Assembly (NCBI GenBank): GCA_965205865.1
Contig: CBDBHR010000024.1
Location: 128,001-192,000, forward strand
Source of the DNA: a bacterium
GTDB lineage: Bacteria > SAR324 > NAC60-12
Direction of reading: 5' to 3'
Length of the DNA stretch: 64,000 nt
In this document: piece by piece, positions 1-10,520 of the stretch
Numbering within the stretch: position 1 is the stretch's first letter
Layout: the number at the start of each line of letters is the position of its first letter
Position numbers and translations under genes: made by a program
The notes under the pieces: model-generated
Database searches by the model: none
Told to the model about the DNA's origin: nothing
Seen by the model: only the letters and a program-made list of their open reading frames with translations

Positions 1-327
1 ATTGTCATCCAAGGTGGTGATGTAGTGGAAGGTGTCCTGAGCGGCGAAGGCTCGCAGAGTTTTCACGCTGTTGTTGGCGCCATCCATGACGATGGCTCTG
101 AAAACTCGTGCTTTTGATCGAGGGACATCCTCAATGACCTCCTCGATCTTCTCGAAGAGGCTCAGAATGTGTTCTCCCGTTGGCCCATGCCCGGAATAAT
201 TCTCGAAGTAGACCGGATGAGCGAGACCATCATAGATGAAAACTTGCTCTATGCATCCCATCACACGCCCGAGCATGGTGACCTTATTCTTCTTGACGCG
301 CTTTGATGAGAAGAGCGCTTTTGTATT
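1..327 (-). pseudogene. C-terminal continuation of the interrupted large DDE transposase (outer element); runs off the window start
   Basis: Manual minus-strand translation NTKALFSSKRVKKNKVTMLGRVMGCIEQVFIYDG...RAIVMDGANNSVKTLRAF...HYITTLDDN aligns with the 442..2685 protein (NVKPLWSSKRCRKGKVTMMGRVMGCIEQV...LIIDGAGNAVQTLRAF...HYITILDTN). Confidence 0.85.
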
Positions 328-2735
328 ACATGACTTTCGGCTAAATAAATATTAGCGAAATTTAAGTGTCATTTTTCTTAACTTCTCGATATAATCGCCG
401 TATGCCAGGTGAAATAAAACCTTAAGCCCAAGGCGATTTCGTTGAGAACTATCAAAAAAGAAAAAGAAAGACTAGCAGAAATTCTTAAACTCTTTAAAAA
501 GGTTGAAGAGTCAGTTCTCTCTGTGAAAGAATATTTTCAAAACCACCAAACTCCTATCAGTATGAGGCAGTATAGTCGCTTAAAGAAACGCTATACGCAG
601 CAAGGCGTAGCTGGTCTTGCCGATCAGCGTCAGGTCGGTAACGCACGAAAAATTAAACCCGACGAGATCAGTTTGGTTCATGGAACCTTGGCCTATAATC
701 GCAACCTAACGTCCCAATCATTACAAGATGAATTGCAAAATCAATGGGGAATTACGGTAGGCCAACGTCGTATTGAGCAAATCCGACAAGAGTTTAATTT
801 AACGCGCATTAAGTCACAAACGATTCAGCAGGAAACACTCCCGTTTGCCGGTATTGAAATTTTTTCAGCCTTAGCGCAATATGTTGGTCTTCTCGAGCAT
901 TGGAATATTACGATTCAACAACGTTTACAACAAGTCCAAGAAACGCCATCGCCAAAAGCCAATAAAGGCGGAGATCATATCCGAGCCCGTCATCGTGATG
1001 GCACCTTCTCTGCCCGCTACAATCGTCTGGCCAGCGTTCGTCATACCAAGTTTGCCTCGATCACCGATAAAGTCAAAGATAAAGATTTCAGTAGATTCAC
1101 CCTTTCTCAATTAAAAGCCGAGAATTTAAAGCGAAAAAATTTAGCCCTCTTGTTTTTACCTTTAGTCACCAATAACGGTGCCATGCGTCATGTGAATACC
1201 CCCTTAGGGAATGCTTTACGATACGCCTGTGGGTACAATTATAAAAATGCCACCCTGGACAAATACCTCAGAGAACTCAAGTATCTTCAAGTCTCGGCAG
1301 ACTTGATTAACTGCAACGCTCGGTTTTGGCATCAATTTTGGCAACAATATGATGCTCCGGATCACAAAGTGGCCTGTTATTATATCGATGGTAATGTTAA
1401 ACCTTTGTGGTCCTCCAAACGCTGCCGCAAAGGTAAAGTGACGATGATGGGCCGCGTGATGGGATGTATCGAACAAGTGGTGATCCATGATGGCCATGGC
1501 CGGCCACTTTATCTGCGAACCTTTTCTGGCCATGCGGACTTACGAGAAAATGCGCTGCGGACGATGGATGAATTGGACATCGTTTTAAATAAAAAACGAG
1601 AGTCCCGCGCTAAAGAATCACCTGGCAGCCGCGCATTGATCATTGATGGGGCGGGCAATGCTGTTCAAACACTGAGAGCTTTTTCAGAATCGGACTATCA
1701 TTATATTACCATTCTCGATACCAATCAGATAGTAGATCGCAAATTTAAGCATCTGAAAGCGCCGCAACGTTATCAGTACGGTGAAGCCTTCCTGATTGAT
1801 TGCCGCATCGAGTTAATGGACTCAAAAGAATCAGGCTATCTCTACGAGAGCCGCGCGCTGCGGGTTCAGTGGGATAATGGTAAAGAATGCTGTTTAGTCA
1901 CCAGTATCCCCTCAAACCTCTTTTATGCTTCAGAAGTGGTCAAGGCTTATTTTGATCGTTGGCCCTATTGCGAAAAACAATATGCCCTGATGAAGGCCGC
2001 GACCTGTTTTAGTCAAGTGGTGGGTTATGGGAAAAAACTTTTGCCGGATGAAAATACTTTAGAAAAAATCGAAAAACTTCAAACCGACTTGCGAAAACTG
2101 CGGCAGGAATTAAAAATTCCGCTTTCGAGAATTACAGTCGAGGAGAAGAAACTCCAGGATTTATTTGAGAAAGAACGTCAATTTAAAGAAAGAAGCACAA
2201 TTAACAAAAAAGGCCAACGGGATCAATCTCAACGAAATCAGGAAAATCTTGAATCTTGTCAGAAGGATATCCGAAGGATTCAACGTCAAATAAAGACGAT
2301 AGAAGAAGCCTTCAAAAAACAGTTTCAGACTCTACGGCAAAAGAGCAAAGAATTCGCGCGTATCCAGGGTAAACGGAAAGTTTACCATGTCGATGTTGAA
2401 CTCGACCAACTAATGACCAGTTTTCGACTAACGCTGGCAAATCTTCTCGTTTTTCTGGCAAAGGAAATTTTAGATCATACGCCCATAGAAATGAATACCT
2501 TGATCCAGTCCATCTTATTTTTATCAGGAAGAATTGAACATCTCCCGGATCGTCGAAAAATTGTCATCAACAAAAATGAAAAAGATCCTCAGTTTATGAA
2601 TAAATTACAGAAGGGCTTATCGAAGCTTAACGCCCTAAAAATCAGGTACTCCAGCGGGGTGGTTTACGAATTTGTCTTGAACTAATAGACATTTAAATTT
2701 CGTATATTTTTGATATAGCCGAAAGTCATGTAATA
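324..2735 (+). mobile_element. Insertion sequence (~2.4 kb) with ~47-bp imperfect terminal inverted repeats, inserted in opposite orientation into a paralogous element
   Basis: Left end TATTACATGACTTTCGGCTAAATAAATATTAGCGAAATTTAAGTGTC; right end reverse complement TATTACATGACTTTCGGCTATATCAAAAATATACGAAATTTAAATGTC; single long ORF between them. Confidence 0.85.
442..2685 (+). CDS. Large DDE transposase (N-terminal HTH, IS4-superfamily-like catalytic core, C-terminal coiled coil), family unassigned
   Basis: 747 aa; HTH-like YTQQGVAGLADQR; putative catalytic YYIDG, LIIDGAG and YFDRWPYCE (Y-2-R-x-E-like); fills the element between the TIRs. Confidence 0.75.
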   Translation: MRTIKKEKERLAEILKLFKKVEESVLSVKEYFQNHQTPISMRQYSRLKKRYTQQGVAGLADQRQVGNARKIKPDEISLVHGTLAYNRNLTSQSLQDELQNQWGITVGQRRIEQIRQEFNLTRIKSQTIQQETLPFAGIEIFSALAQYVGLLEHWNITIQQRLQQVQETPSPKANKGGDHIRARHRDGTFSARYNRLASVRHTKFASITDKVKDKDFSRFTLSQLKAENLKRKNLALLFLPLVTNNGAMRHVNTPLGNALRYACGYNYKNATLDKYLRELKYLQVSADLINCNARFWHQFWQQYDAPDHKVACYYIDGNVKPLWSSKRCRKGKVTMMGRVMGCIEQVVIHDGHGRPLYLRTFSGHADLRENALRTMDELDIVLNKKRESRAKESPGSRALIIDGAGNAVQTLRAFSESDYHYITILDTNQIVDRKFKHLKAPQRYQYGEAFLIDCRIELMDSKESGYLYESRALRVQWDNGKECCLVTSIPSNLFYASEVVKAYFDRWPYCEKQYALMKAATCFSQVVGYGKKLLPDENTLEKIEKLQTDLRKLRQELKIPLSRITVEEKKLQDLFEKERQFKERSTINKKGQRDQSQRNQENLESCQKDIRRIQRQIKTIEEAFKKQFQTLRQKSKEFARIQGKRKVYHVDVELDQLMTSFRLTLANLLVFLAKEILDHTPIEMNTLIQSILFLSGRIEHLPDRRKIVINKNEKDPQFMNKLQKGLSKLNALKIRYSSGVVYEFVLN

Positions 2736-3701
2736 GGAGATGTAGTAGCAGAGCAGCGGGCCCATCATCGAATCACTGATAGTATCTCCCCAACACCGTT
2801 TCCAAAACTGCGCTAAATCTTGCAGCAGCAAGCTCGAAACCCCCAGGTACTTTAGTTCAGCGAGGTACTTGGTGATGGAACTCTGCTTGTAATTAAAGCC
2901 ACAAAAATGACCCAGGGTTTGCCCTTGAGCTGAGTTGACATTGCGAACCTGACCATTGTTACTCACCATCGGCAGAGACACAACGGCCATACTCTTTCGA
3001 GCAAGCGTCTCAGGATGATCTCGGATGATGTTCATAGAATGCCAGTTCTTGCTCTCACGTTTCTCGGACACCGATGCGAATCGAGCAGCCCTCACCTCAC
3101 TACGTCGGTTGTATCGCCCGGTGAATTTCCCGGCCTTGTCTTTTCCCTTCGTGTTCGCCTGGCCACGATTTGCCTCAAAGGCCTCTGTTTCCTTTAAGGC
3201 ATCAACCGCCCTGCAAATCACGTCGGCTGTTCTTTGCGGCCAACCCAAATGGTAAGCTAGCGCGACGATCAGTTCAAAGCCACCCAAAGCGTTCGAGTCC
3301 GTTCGTGGTGCTTTGACGAGCTTTGCTGGCCTGCCAACCTTCCGTTTTAGCTTCGGGTCGATTCGCGCCAAAGCGCGGCCTGTCGCAGAGACACTGAGGT
3401 CGCAACTGAATTCCTCCATGAGCGCTTGCTGCAACCACTCCAGCGCAACATCAGGGTTTTGTTTGATGCATCCTCTCAAGAAAGATTCTTGCTCCAGCGT
3501 TATTTTACGATTGCCCCCTCTCTTGCGCTGCTCCTTCAGGCCCGCTAGCCCGGACTCTCGCAATTGTCGTCTGTAATTGTAGTACTGCACGCGACTGAAA
3601 GGGACAGCTTTCCTCTCAAAGAATTCTGAAAGGGACAGCTTTGTTGTCTCTATCTGCTCAACCCACTTGACGATGGATGCAATTCTCTCTGTGTCGTTCA
3701 T
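2736..3701 (-). pseudogene. N-terminal half of the outer large DDE transposase, interrupted at CYYI by the inner element
   Basis: ORF 2682..3701 is homologous to the N-half of the 747-aa protein (RFASVSEK/KFASITDK, CGFNYK/CGYNYK, KYLAELKYL/KYLRELKYL) and reads into the inner TIR after PLLCYYIS. Confidence 0.85.
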
Positions 3702-3785
3702 ATACCAGTAAGATCTACGAGTTAGTTTGCAATCTCACTGGTATTCTACACCTATTAATTATAAACGCAAATTATTTTCCTTATA

Positions 3786-3803
3786 TCCGAAAGTCATGTA
3801 TTA
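3786..3803 (-). mobile_element. Left terminal repeat of the outer transposase element
   Basis: Reverse complement TAATACATGACTTTCGGA matches the inner-element TIR core TATTACATGACTTTCGG; lies ~100 bp upstream of the 3701 start. Confidence 0.75.
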
Positions 3804-3832
3804 GTAAAATTGTATTTTTCTGCCAGACACTA
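3804..3832. mobile_element. Probable IS630-family terminus inserted at a TA in the intron RT gene
   Basis: ...TTTTCTGCCAGACAC-TA ends like the ACAC-TA termini of the IS630 at 9342-10520; the RT frame (YLHYVLD) resumes exactly at that TA. Confidence 0.5.
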
Positions 3833-4481
3833 TCTACATTATGTCTTAGACTTGTGGTTTGAAAAGGTCGTGAAACCCCGAATGAGGGGGGAAGCTTACC
3901 TGATACGCTATATTTATGATTTCGTTGTGTGTTTCCAATATCGTTCGGACGCTCTACGCTTCCATGACGTCTTACAGAAACGGTTAAGGAAATTTTCACT
4001 GGAACCAGAACCTCAGAAAACCCGATTAGTCGAGTTTGGTCGGTTTTCAGACCACCATGCAAAACGGAAAGGGAAGCGGATGGAAACCATTTACTTCCTG
4101 GGGTTTACTCATTACTGTACACGTCATAAAGGGAACTTTATGGTAGGGCGTAAAACAGAAAAGAGTCGCTTAAGGCGGAGTCATTCCAAACTCCACCAAT
4201 TGATGCGCAAAAAGAGGCACGATTCATTGGAAGAACAGGCCAAGGCCATTAATCGAAATCTGCGAGGCCATTACGCTTACTATGGTCTGGGTGGAAATAA
4301 AGTTGCTCTATATCAGCTTTACAATGACACCAAACGATACTGGCGTAAGATGCTTTCCAGTCGGAGTCAGAAGAGTTATGTGACTTGGGAAAAGGTTGAC
4401 AAGATTCAAGCCTTATTTCCGATACAGCGACCTAAACTTATCTTGCCCTATGAGGCAATGAAAGCACGCGCTGTGATGTGA
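3831..4481 (+). pseudogene. 3' part of a group II intron reverse transcriptase/maturase
   Basis: YLHYVLDLWF (RT4/5), RYIYDF (degenerate YxDD), FLGF (RT7), domain X LRGHYAYY. Confidence 0.85.
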
Positions 4482-4494
4482 ATCAGATTCTGAA

Positions 4495-4567
4495 GAGCGT
4501 AGTGCGGTAGTTCCGCACGCTACGTTCTTTGGGGCAGGGAGCACAAAGGTGTTTCCCTGTACCCGGT
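4495..4567 (+). ncRNA. Group II intron domains V and VI (3' end)
   Basis: GAGCGTAGTGCGGTAGTTCCGCACGCTACGTTC is a DV hairpin with the AGC triad, followed by GGGGCAGGGAGCAC...GTGTTTCCCTGTACCCGGT. Confidence 0.8.
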
Positions 4568-4672
4568 CGGGTTGGCGACTTTCACAAGGCTCAACTATTT
4601 AGGCACCGTCAGACGAAAGAGACGGAAACCGATAAACCGAACCTAAATGTACATGCCTGTCTGCTACTCTAC
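4568..4672 (+). ncRNA. 3' tail (long domain VI) of a second group II intron
   Basis: AGGCACCGTCAGACGAAAGAGACGGAAAC...AACCTAAA...CTACTCTAC resembles the long-DVI 3' ends of bacterial group IIB introns (recalled pattern). Confidence 0.55.
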
Positions 4673-5107
4673 CCATTTCATTCGATTATAAGTCTTTCAG
4701 TTCTAAGATTCCCTCAAACCCTTTTCTTCGCAGACCTGTAATCAGTTGTCGATCACCAGTCAATAATTTTGCTTCAAGACTGGGCCTAACAAAGACAACG
4801 CAAGAAAAGGAGTATCTTTCTCATCAATATCCTTGCATAGCTCATACGCTGTTTGAACAACAGGACTGGGAATCAATTGCTCATTAACGAAAGAGATATG
4901 AGAAAGAAGGGATTGAAGGGAAGTTAAAATCTCTTCTTCAGCCAATTTAGAAAACTGTTCGATTCGAGGACGATGTTTGAATATTTCAACGAAGAGAAAA
5001 TTACAGGTATGGCACTCATATTGAGGATTGAAGAAGACAGTTTTACTTTTGTTTTCTGCACTCAACAATGCTGAAAAAAAGATATTGCTGTCAACTACGA
5101 TTTTCAT
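4664..5107 (-). pseudogene. PIN-domain toxin, frameshifted near the C-terminus
   Basis: IVVDSNI and DEKDTPFLAL motifs; the expected SLEAKLLTGDRQL tail is in another frame after an apparent 8-bp extra TTAGGCCC. Confidence 0.75.
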
Positions 5108-5297
5108 TTAGCATTCTCTCTTTATTCTCATTCCACCAACTTGACTTGATTTCTTCTGACAATTGCCAAATATCTTCTTCTGTGGCTTGGCTTTTATTTG
5201 AGGTTTCCAGTAGAGATAAAAAGGAAAGAACGTCCTTATCTATTTTACCAATATCAAATTCAACCCTGATTTTGCCATTTTCAATGGATGTTTGCAT
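5091..5297 (-). CDS. Small antitoxin overlapping the PIN toxin start
   Basis: 68 aa ending LSEEIKSSWWNENK; overlaps the PIN gene in a TA layout. Confidence 0.65.
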   Translation of the reverse strand: MQTSIENGKIRVEFDIGKIDKDVLSFLSLLETSNKSQATEEDIWQLSEEIKSSWWNENKERMLNENRS

Positions 5298-5446
5298 TAC
5301 ACCTCCTCAATTTTCAGGTTGACAAGTATCTTGATGAATAATAGTGGTATTATTTCATATTTCTTTAAATAAATCAGTAACAAACTGGTACAATATGGGG
5401 CATGGTCATATTTTCAGCCACCGAGAAATCGTTCCCACGATCCTCG

Positions 5447-5726
5447 CTCATCCTTATACACAAGTCCGTGGGAAGAGATTTATTTTGATTTTGATCTGTT
5501 TGATGAGCCATATATCTTTTCTTTGAGCAAGCCTTGGAAGGGCGACGGAAACATGAATTCAGCACAAAAACATTTTTTGGTACTCCCCTCAAACATTTCC
5601 GCCACCCCTCCAGGGTGGGCTCTACGGGGATATTCGTTTCCAGGGGCTGACGCCACTGGCTACATGCTGTCACCCCGTTCCACGTCGGCTCCGGGGTTTC
5701 TCATCCGACTTGTGTATAAGGATGAG
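5447..5726. mobile_element. 280-bp MITE with IS50/Tn5-like ends and 9-bp TSD
   Basis: TIR CTCATCCTTATACACAAGTC / GACTTGTGTATAAGGATGAG; CGATCCTCG duplicated at 5438-5446 and 5727-5735. Confidence 0.85.
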
Positions 5727-5821
5727 CGATCCTCGTGGGAATGCAGTTTTTGACCCTCGCCGCGTCGGACTCTGCGGTCAAAGGGGACGCAGAGCGTCTA
5801 AGCATGCATTCCGCCGCAGAG

Positions 5822-5949
5822 AGGCTGTGAAAGAATTCGAAATTTAGCTGTTTTTTGCGATTTTTCAAAAAACCGTAGTCAATAATTTCAGTGATTTAAG
5901 GTTTTCACAATTATGAAAAATCGTCAAAACTGGAATTCTTTCACAGCCT
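5822..5949. mobile_element. 128-bp MITE with 17-bp perfect TIR
   Basis: AGGCTGTGAAAGAATTC / GAATTCTTTCACAGCCT; flanked by CAGAG at 5817-5821 and 5950-5954 (boundary uncertain by 1 bp). Confidence 0.8.
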
Positions 5950-6007
5950 CAGAGCGACGGAACGATCAATTTATCAAAAAAAGACAATATGATACTTGAC
6001 CCTATTC

Positions 6008-6094
6008 CAAATAATTCCACCGTGCCAGCGCCCATTCCGTTGTTGCCCCCGGTGACGATCGCGACTTTGCCAGCCAGTCTTCCTGTGTTGTGTT
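6008..6094 (-). pseudogene. N-terminal stub of a second SDR gene
   Basis: Manual translation GRLAGKVAIVTGGNNGMG (Rossmann TGxxxGxG), truncated. Confidence 0.6.
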
Positions 6095-6949
6095 CTACCG
6101 GGCCATTACCTGTCCGCTGTCGACAGCGATGATCTGAGCGGACATATGCTTCGACTCAGGGAGGCATAAGAACACCACTGTCTGCGCGACGTCTTCGACT
6201 GTCGGCAGTTCACCAAGCGGAACAGGCAGGACAAGCTCAGGAAATTTGCTCTCGGCGATACCAGCGAAAAATTCCTCAGATGCCATGCTTCGATATTCCT
6301 CGAACTTTTCTGTGACACGGCGGAAGTTCCCATGCCAAGCGTCGGTGATTACGATCCCCGGACATATGCAATTGACCGTTACCCCAAAGGGGCCAAGCCT
6401 GCGCGCCAGAGTCTGGGTATAGCTGCTGATTGCCGTCTTCATCGCGGCATACTCCGGAGATGAGATGGCCAAAAGCCCCCGCTCCGAGCCAGTGTAACGC
6501 CCGGCGTTCGAGCCGATGTTGATGACACGACCCGCTTTGCGCTCGCGGAAATGTGATGCCAATGCCTCCGACATGAGCACTGGTGCGCGCAACGTGAGCT
6601 GATAGGTCCCGTCCCAGGACGAAACCACATCTGCGAGTGATCCGTGAGTTGGTTCCGCTTTGGTCTTAGCACCGCCACCCACGTTGTTCACAAGAATATC
6701 GATGCCGCCCATCGTATCAATTGATCGGTCGACGAGTGCCGTTACGTTCTCCGGGGCGCTGATATCACCAGGCACGGCTAGCACTCGGCGGCCGAGAGTT
6801 TGTACCTCAGCGGCCACCGTTGTTGCCGATTCCTCACTGAACGAATTGAGAACGATGTCAGCCCCCTCACGTGCCAAGGCCAGGACGATTCCCCTACCGA
6901 TACCCCGCCCCGCTGCGGTCACTAGTGCAACTTTCCCTTGAAGTCTCAT
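6095..6949 (-). CDS. Short-chain dehydrogenase/reductase
   Basis: VTAAGRGIG, NNVG, YAAMK catalytic motif. Confidence 0.9.
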   Translation of the reverse strand: MRLQGKVALVTAAGRGIGRGIVLALAREGADIVLNSFSEESATTVAAEVQTLGRRVLAVPGDISAPENVTALVDRSIDTMGGIDILVNNVGGGAKTKAEPTHGSLADVVSSWDGTYQLTLRAPVLMSEALASHFRERKAGRVINIGSNAGRYTGSERGLLAISSPEYAAMKTAISSYTQTLARRLGPFGVTVNCICPGIVITDAWHGNFRRVTEKFEEYRSMASEEFFAGIAESKFPELVLPVPLGELPTVEDVAQTVVFLCLPESKHMSAQIIAVDSGQVMAR

Positions 6950-7224
6950 TGATTTACCTTTCTACATAACAAGAATATCTGATAGTTTTAAAACAAAAAA
7001 TCTACCTATTTTTTACTGAAAAGTCATTTTTTTACGTCTCGTCGAAAATCAGGCCTTTGTTGTTGTGTTATTCAAGTAAATAACCTAATAACAAAAGCCT
7101 GACTCCATTTCAAAACGAAACTTCTTCAGAAGTCTTATTGTTTTTAGAAACAGTTTTGTGTATGGTTTTCCGAAGTTTTTCCAAATTTTAAATGAAACAG
7201 CTTCTTTCCAAAATCGAGTTTTTT

Positions 7225-8243
7225 ATGAACACACTGACAAATCGAAGCATGATCCTTTCCAGTCGCCCGGTGGGTTTTCCGAAGGAAAGTGATTTCCAAT
7301 TGCTCGAGAGTGCATGCCCCACTCCCCGTGAGGGAGAACTTTTGATCAAAACCCTCTACCTCTCTGTCGATTCCTACATGCGTGGACGGATGAATGCCCA
7401 AGAATCTTATGCTCCTTCTTTTAAATTGAATCAACCCATGGTGGGAAGAGCCGTCGGACAGGTGGCGGAATCCAAAAACTCTCAATTTGCCACAGGAACT
7501 TTTGTTTTTGGCTTCATGCCGATGCAAGAATATTCGCTCAGTGACGGTCAAGGGTTGCGTCTCATTGACCCGGACCTTGCTCCTTTGGAAGCCAATCTGA
7601 GTGTCTTTGGGAGCACAGGGTTGACTGCCTATTTTGGTTTGATGGATATTGGCAAACCGCAACCCGGGGAGACGGTATTGGTTTCAGGGGCCGCTGGTGC
7701 AGTGGGTTCTATGGTGGGACAGATTGCAAAAATTCAAGGATGTCGAGTCGTAGGAACTGCAGGTTCCGAATCAAAAGTGCAACACCTTCTCAAGGATTTA
7801 AAGTTTGATGCTGCCATCAATTACAAAACTGCCAATCTTCAACAAGCGTTGTCGGAAGCCTGTTCCCAAGGCATTGATGTTTATATTGACAATGTGGGGG
7901 GAGAAGTGACCGATTGTGCATTGGGATTGATCAATTCAAAAGCAAGAATTGTGTTGTGTGGTCAAATTTCCCAATACAATGCAGAATCTCGTGAAATGGG
8001 GCCCCGCAATCTTTTTCATTTGATTGCCAAAGTGCCTTGATGAAAGGATTCATCATTTATGATTACCAAGTTCACTACGATGAGGGGTTGCAACACATGG
8101 CGCAGTGGTACCAGCAAGGCAAACTCCAACATCGAGAAACCATTGTTGATGGCCTAGAAAACATGCCCCAAGCTTTCTTAGGACTCTTCAAAGGAGAAAA
8201 CTTGGGCAAACAAATCATCAAAATTGCTGAACCGGATTCTTAA
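7225..8243 (+). pseudogene. NADP-dependent oxidoreductase (YncB/CurA/PTGR1-like), frameshift at ~8030
   Basis: LSVDSYMRGRM, VSGAAGAVGS; the C-terminal half continues in ORF 8037..8243 (GLENMPQAFLGLFKGENLGK). Confidence 0.85.
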
Positions 8244-8247
8244 CATT

Positions 8248-8668
8248 ATGGAACTGCTCACACTTGAAGAAACGTATGCCATTTTCCATAAAGAGTTCCC
8301 CGACAGTCCCATTGAAATTCTCGAATCACGCCCCTCTTATGTTAAAGTGAGGACGCCTTCTGAGAGAAAAAAATTTTTGCGCCCTGGAGATTCGATTGCC
8401 GGGCCAGTTCTAATGGGGTTTGCCGATGTGGCCATGTACGTTCCTTATGATTACCAATCTGGGGGAAATCGGGTATCGTTCAGTCACTTCGAACTTCAAC
8501 ATGACTTTTCTCAGACGGGCTATGCCTGGAGAGATGGTTGCTGAAGTTACTTTGATCAAAACTGGAAGACGCCAATCCGTTGGCGATATAAAATTTTATA
8601 CAGGAGGTTCGCAAGAGACAGTCGCTCACGTCGTTTCTATTTATGTGTTCGTCGATTCGGCAGGTTGA
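8248..8668 (+). pseudogene. PaaI-family thioesterase, frameshift at ~8440
   Basis: LRPGDSIAGPVLMGFADVAMY, then VTSNFNMTFLR in the next frame. Confidence 0.8.
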
Positions 8669-9341
8669 GTCATGTTTATTTAAAAAAGGAGGAAAGCATG
8701 AGTTACGAAACGCTTCTTGTTGAAAAAAATGACGGGCTGACCAAAATCACCCTCAATCGCCCCAACAATGCCAATGCGTTGAATATGGCATGGGGCAAGA
8801 ATTGATGAAAGTCTCGATCGAATGTGATGAATCCGCAGACACCCGTGCCGTGCTTCTGACCGGCAGTGGCAAAATGTTTTGTGCCGGAGGCGATCTGCCC
8901 AGTTTTGCTGAATCGGAAGAACACTTTTATGGCACTTTACTAGAACTCACCACCTACTTGCATGCGGCGATCAGTCGATTTGCAAGAATGAATGCTCCTT
9001 TGATCATTGCGGTCAATGGAATGGCTGCCGGTGCAGGAATGAACATTGCGTGCATAGGAGATTATGTGATTGCTGCCGAATCGGCTCGTTTCACTATGGC
9101 CTACACCAAAGCAGGTCTCTCTCCTGATGGAAGTTCGACTTACTACCTTCCTCGTGCCATTGGTGCACGTCGTGCCAAAGAATTGATGTTGACTAATCGG
9201 ATCCTCAGTTCCCAAGAAGCCCTCGATTGGGGGGTGATCAACCAAATCTGTCCAGACGATCAGTTCCTCACAGAAGCAGAAAATCTTGCCCAACAATTGG
9301 CTCAAGGCCCTACAACCGCTTTTGGCGCAGTCAAAGAACTA

Positions 9342-10520
9342 GTGTATTGCCTGTTTAATACATTGTATTATTGGTCATTTGGTAGACAGGTTTGAGTTTG
9401 TTGATAATTTCTTCGGCAGTTTTAGTCCAGACATAGGGTTTTGGGTTGCGATTGTGTGTCTCGATGTAACTATGGATGGCTTCGGTCAACTCGAGCACGC
9501 TTTTGAAGGCGCCTCGTCGAATCCGTTCTGCAGTGATCTTGCCAAAAAAGCGTTCCACCATGTTCAGCCATGAGGAGGAAGTAGGAATGAAATGCGGGTG
9601 AAATCGCGGGTGTTTTTTGAGCCATTCTTTCACCTTAAGATGTTTGTGGGTGGCGTAATTGTCCAGGATCAAGTGTACCTGCAGTTGCTTCGAGGTAGTC
9701 TTGTCAATAAGACGCAGGAAGCGCAGATACTCTTGGTGTCGGTGCCGTTTTTCACAGCGAGCGAGCACTTCCCCTGTCTGCGTATTCAAAGCAGTAAACA
9801 GACAGCAGGTGCCATGACGGATATAATCATGAGTTCTGGTGCCATTGCGCCCTGGTTTCAGTGGCAGACCTGGCTGGGTGCGATCGAGTGCCTGGATTTG
9901 TGATTTCTCATCGACGCTCAAGACCAGCGCTTTCTCAGGAGGATTCATGTACAAACCGATGACATCTTTCAGTTTCGCAGTGAAATGCTTATCATGCGAC
10001 AACTTAAATGTTTTTTCCAGATGAGGCTTGAGGCGATGGGCCTTCCATACTTTACCGACGGTTGTCTTGCCTACGCCAACTGCCTTGGCCATCGATCGCG
10101 TGCTCCAATGGGTACGGTCCTCAGGCTTCTCTTCAATGGTTTTCTTCACAATCTCCTCGATTTTATCCGCTCCATAAATGCGTGTCCTGCCAGGCCGCGG
10201 ATCATCATTGAGACCTGTTATTCCTTTTTCAACAAAGCGCCGTCGCCACTTTCCAACGGCATTACCGCTGGTTCCAAGCGTTTTGGCAATTTCTTGATTC
10301 TTAAGGCCATCAGCAGCCAACAGGATGATGCGCGCACGACGAGTGTCTCGCATCGCTCCGGTATGACGGCGTGCGGTTTTGCCCAATTCATCCCGTTCTT
10401 CCCGGGTCAGTTTTATACTTGGTGCTTTTCTCATGCTGTCTCCATATATGCAAAAAAAAGGACAGCTCGTAGTATAGCAAACCAAGGATTTTTTTACACA
10501 TTAATAAAAGAGCGACACAC
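9342..10520 (-). mobile_element. IS630-family insertion sequence with TA target duplication
   Basis: TA at 9340-9341 and 10521-10522; ends GTGT.../...ACAC; removal restores the hydratase frame. Confidence 0.9.
9355..10434 (-). CDS. IS630 transposase
   Basis: VDEKSQIQAL, ILDNYATH, SSWLNMVERFF. Confidence 0.92.
   Translation of the reverse strand: MRKAPSIKLTREERDELGKTARRHTGAMRDTRRARIILLAADGLKNQEIAKTLGTSGNAVGKWRRRFVEKGITGLNDDPRPGRTRIYGADKIEEIVKKTIEEKPEDRTHWSTRSMAKAVGVGKTTVGKVWKAHRLKPHLEKTFKLSHDKHFTAKLKDVIGLYMNPPEKALVLSVDEKSQIQALDRTQPGLPLKPGRNGTRTHDYIRHGTCCLFTALNTQTGEVLARCEKRHRHQEYLRFLRLIDKTTSKQLQVHLILDNYATHKHLKVKEWLKKHPRFHPHFIPTSSSWLNMVERFFGKITAERIRRGAFKSVLELTEAIHSYIETHNRNPKPYVWTKTAEEIINKLKPVYQMTNNTMY

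Larger units (their letters stand above)
5428..5966. repeat. REP-like palindromic element (ATCGTTCCCACG...GTGGGAATGCA...GACGCAGAGCGTC...GCATTCC...GGAACGAT) split by two MITEs
   Basis: Removing the two inserts restores mutually inverted arms typical of REP doublets. Confidence 0.7.
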
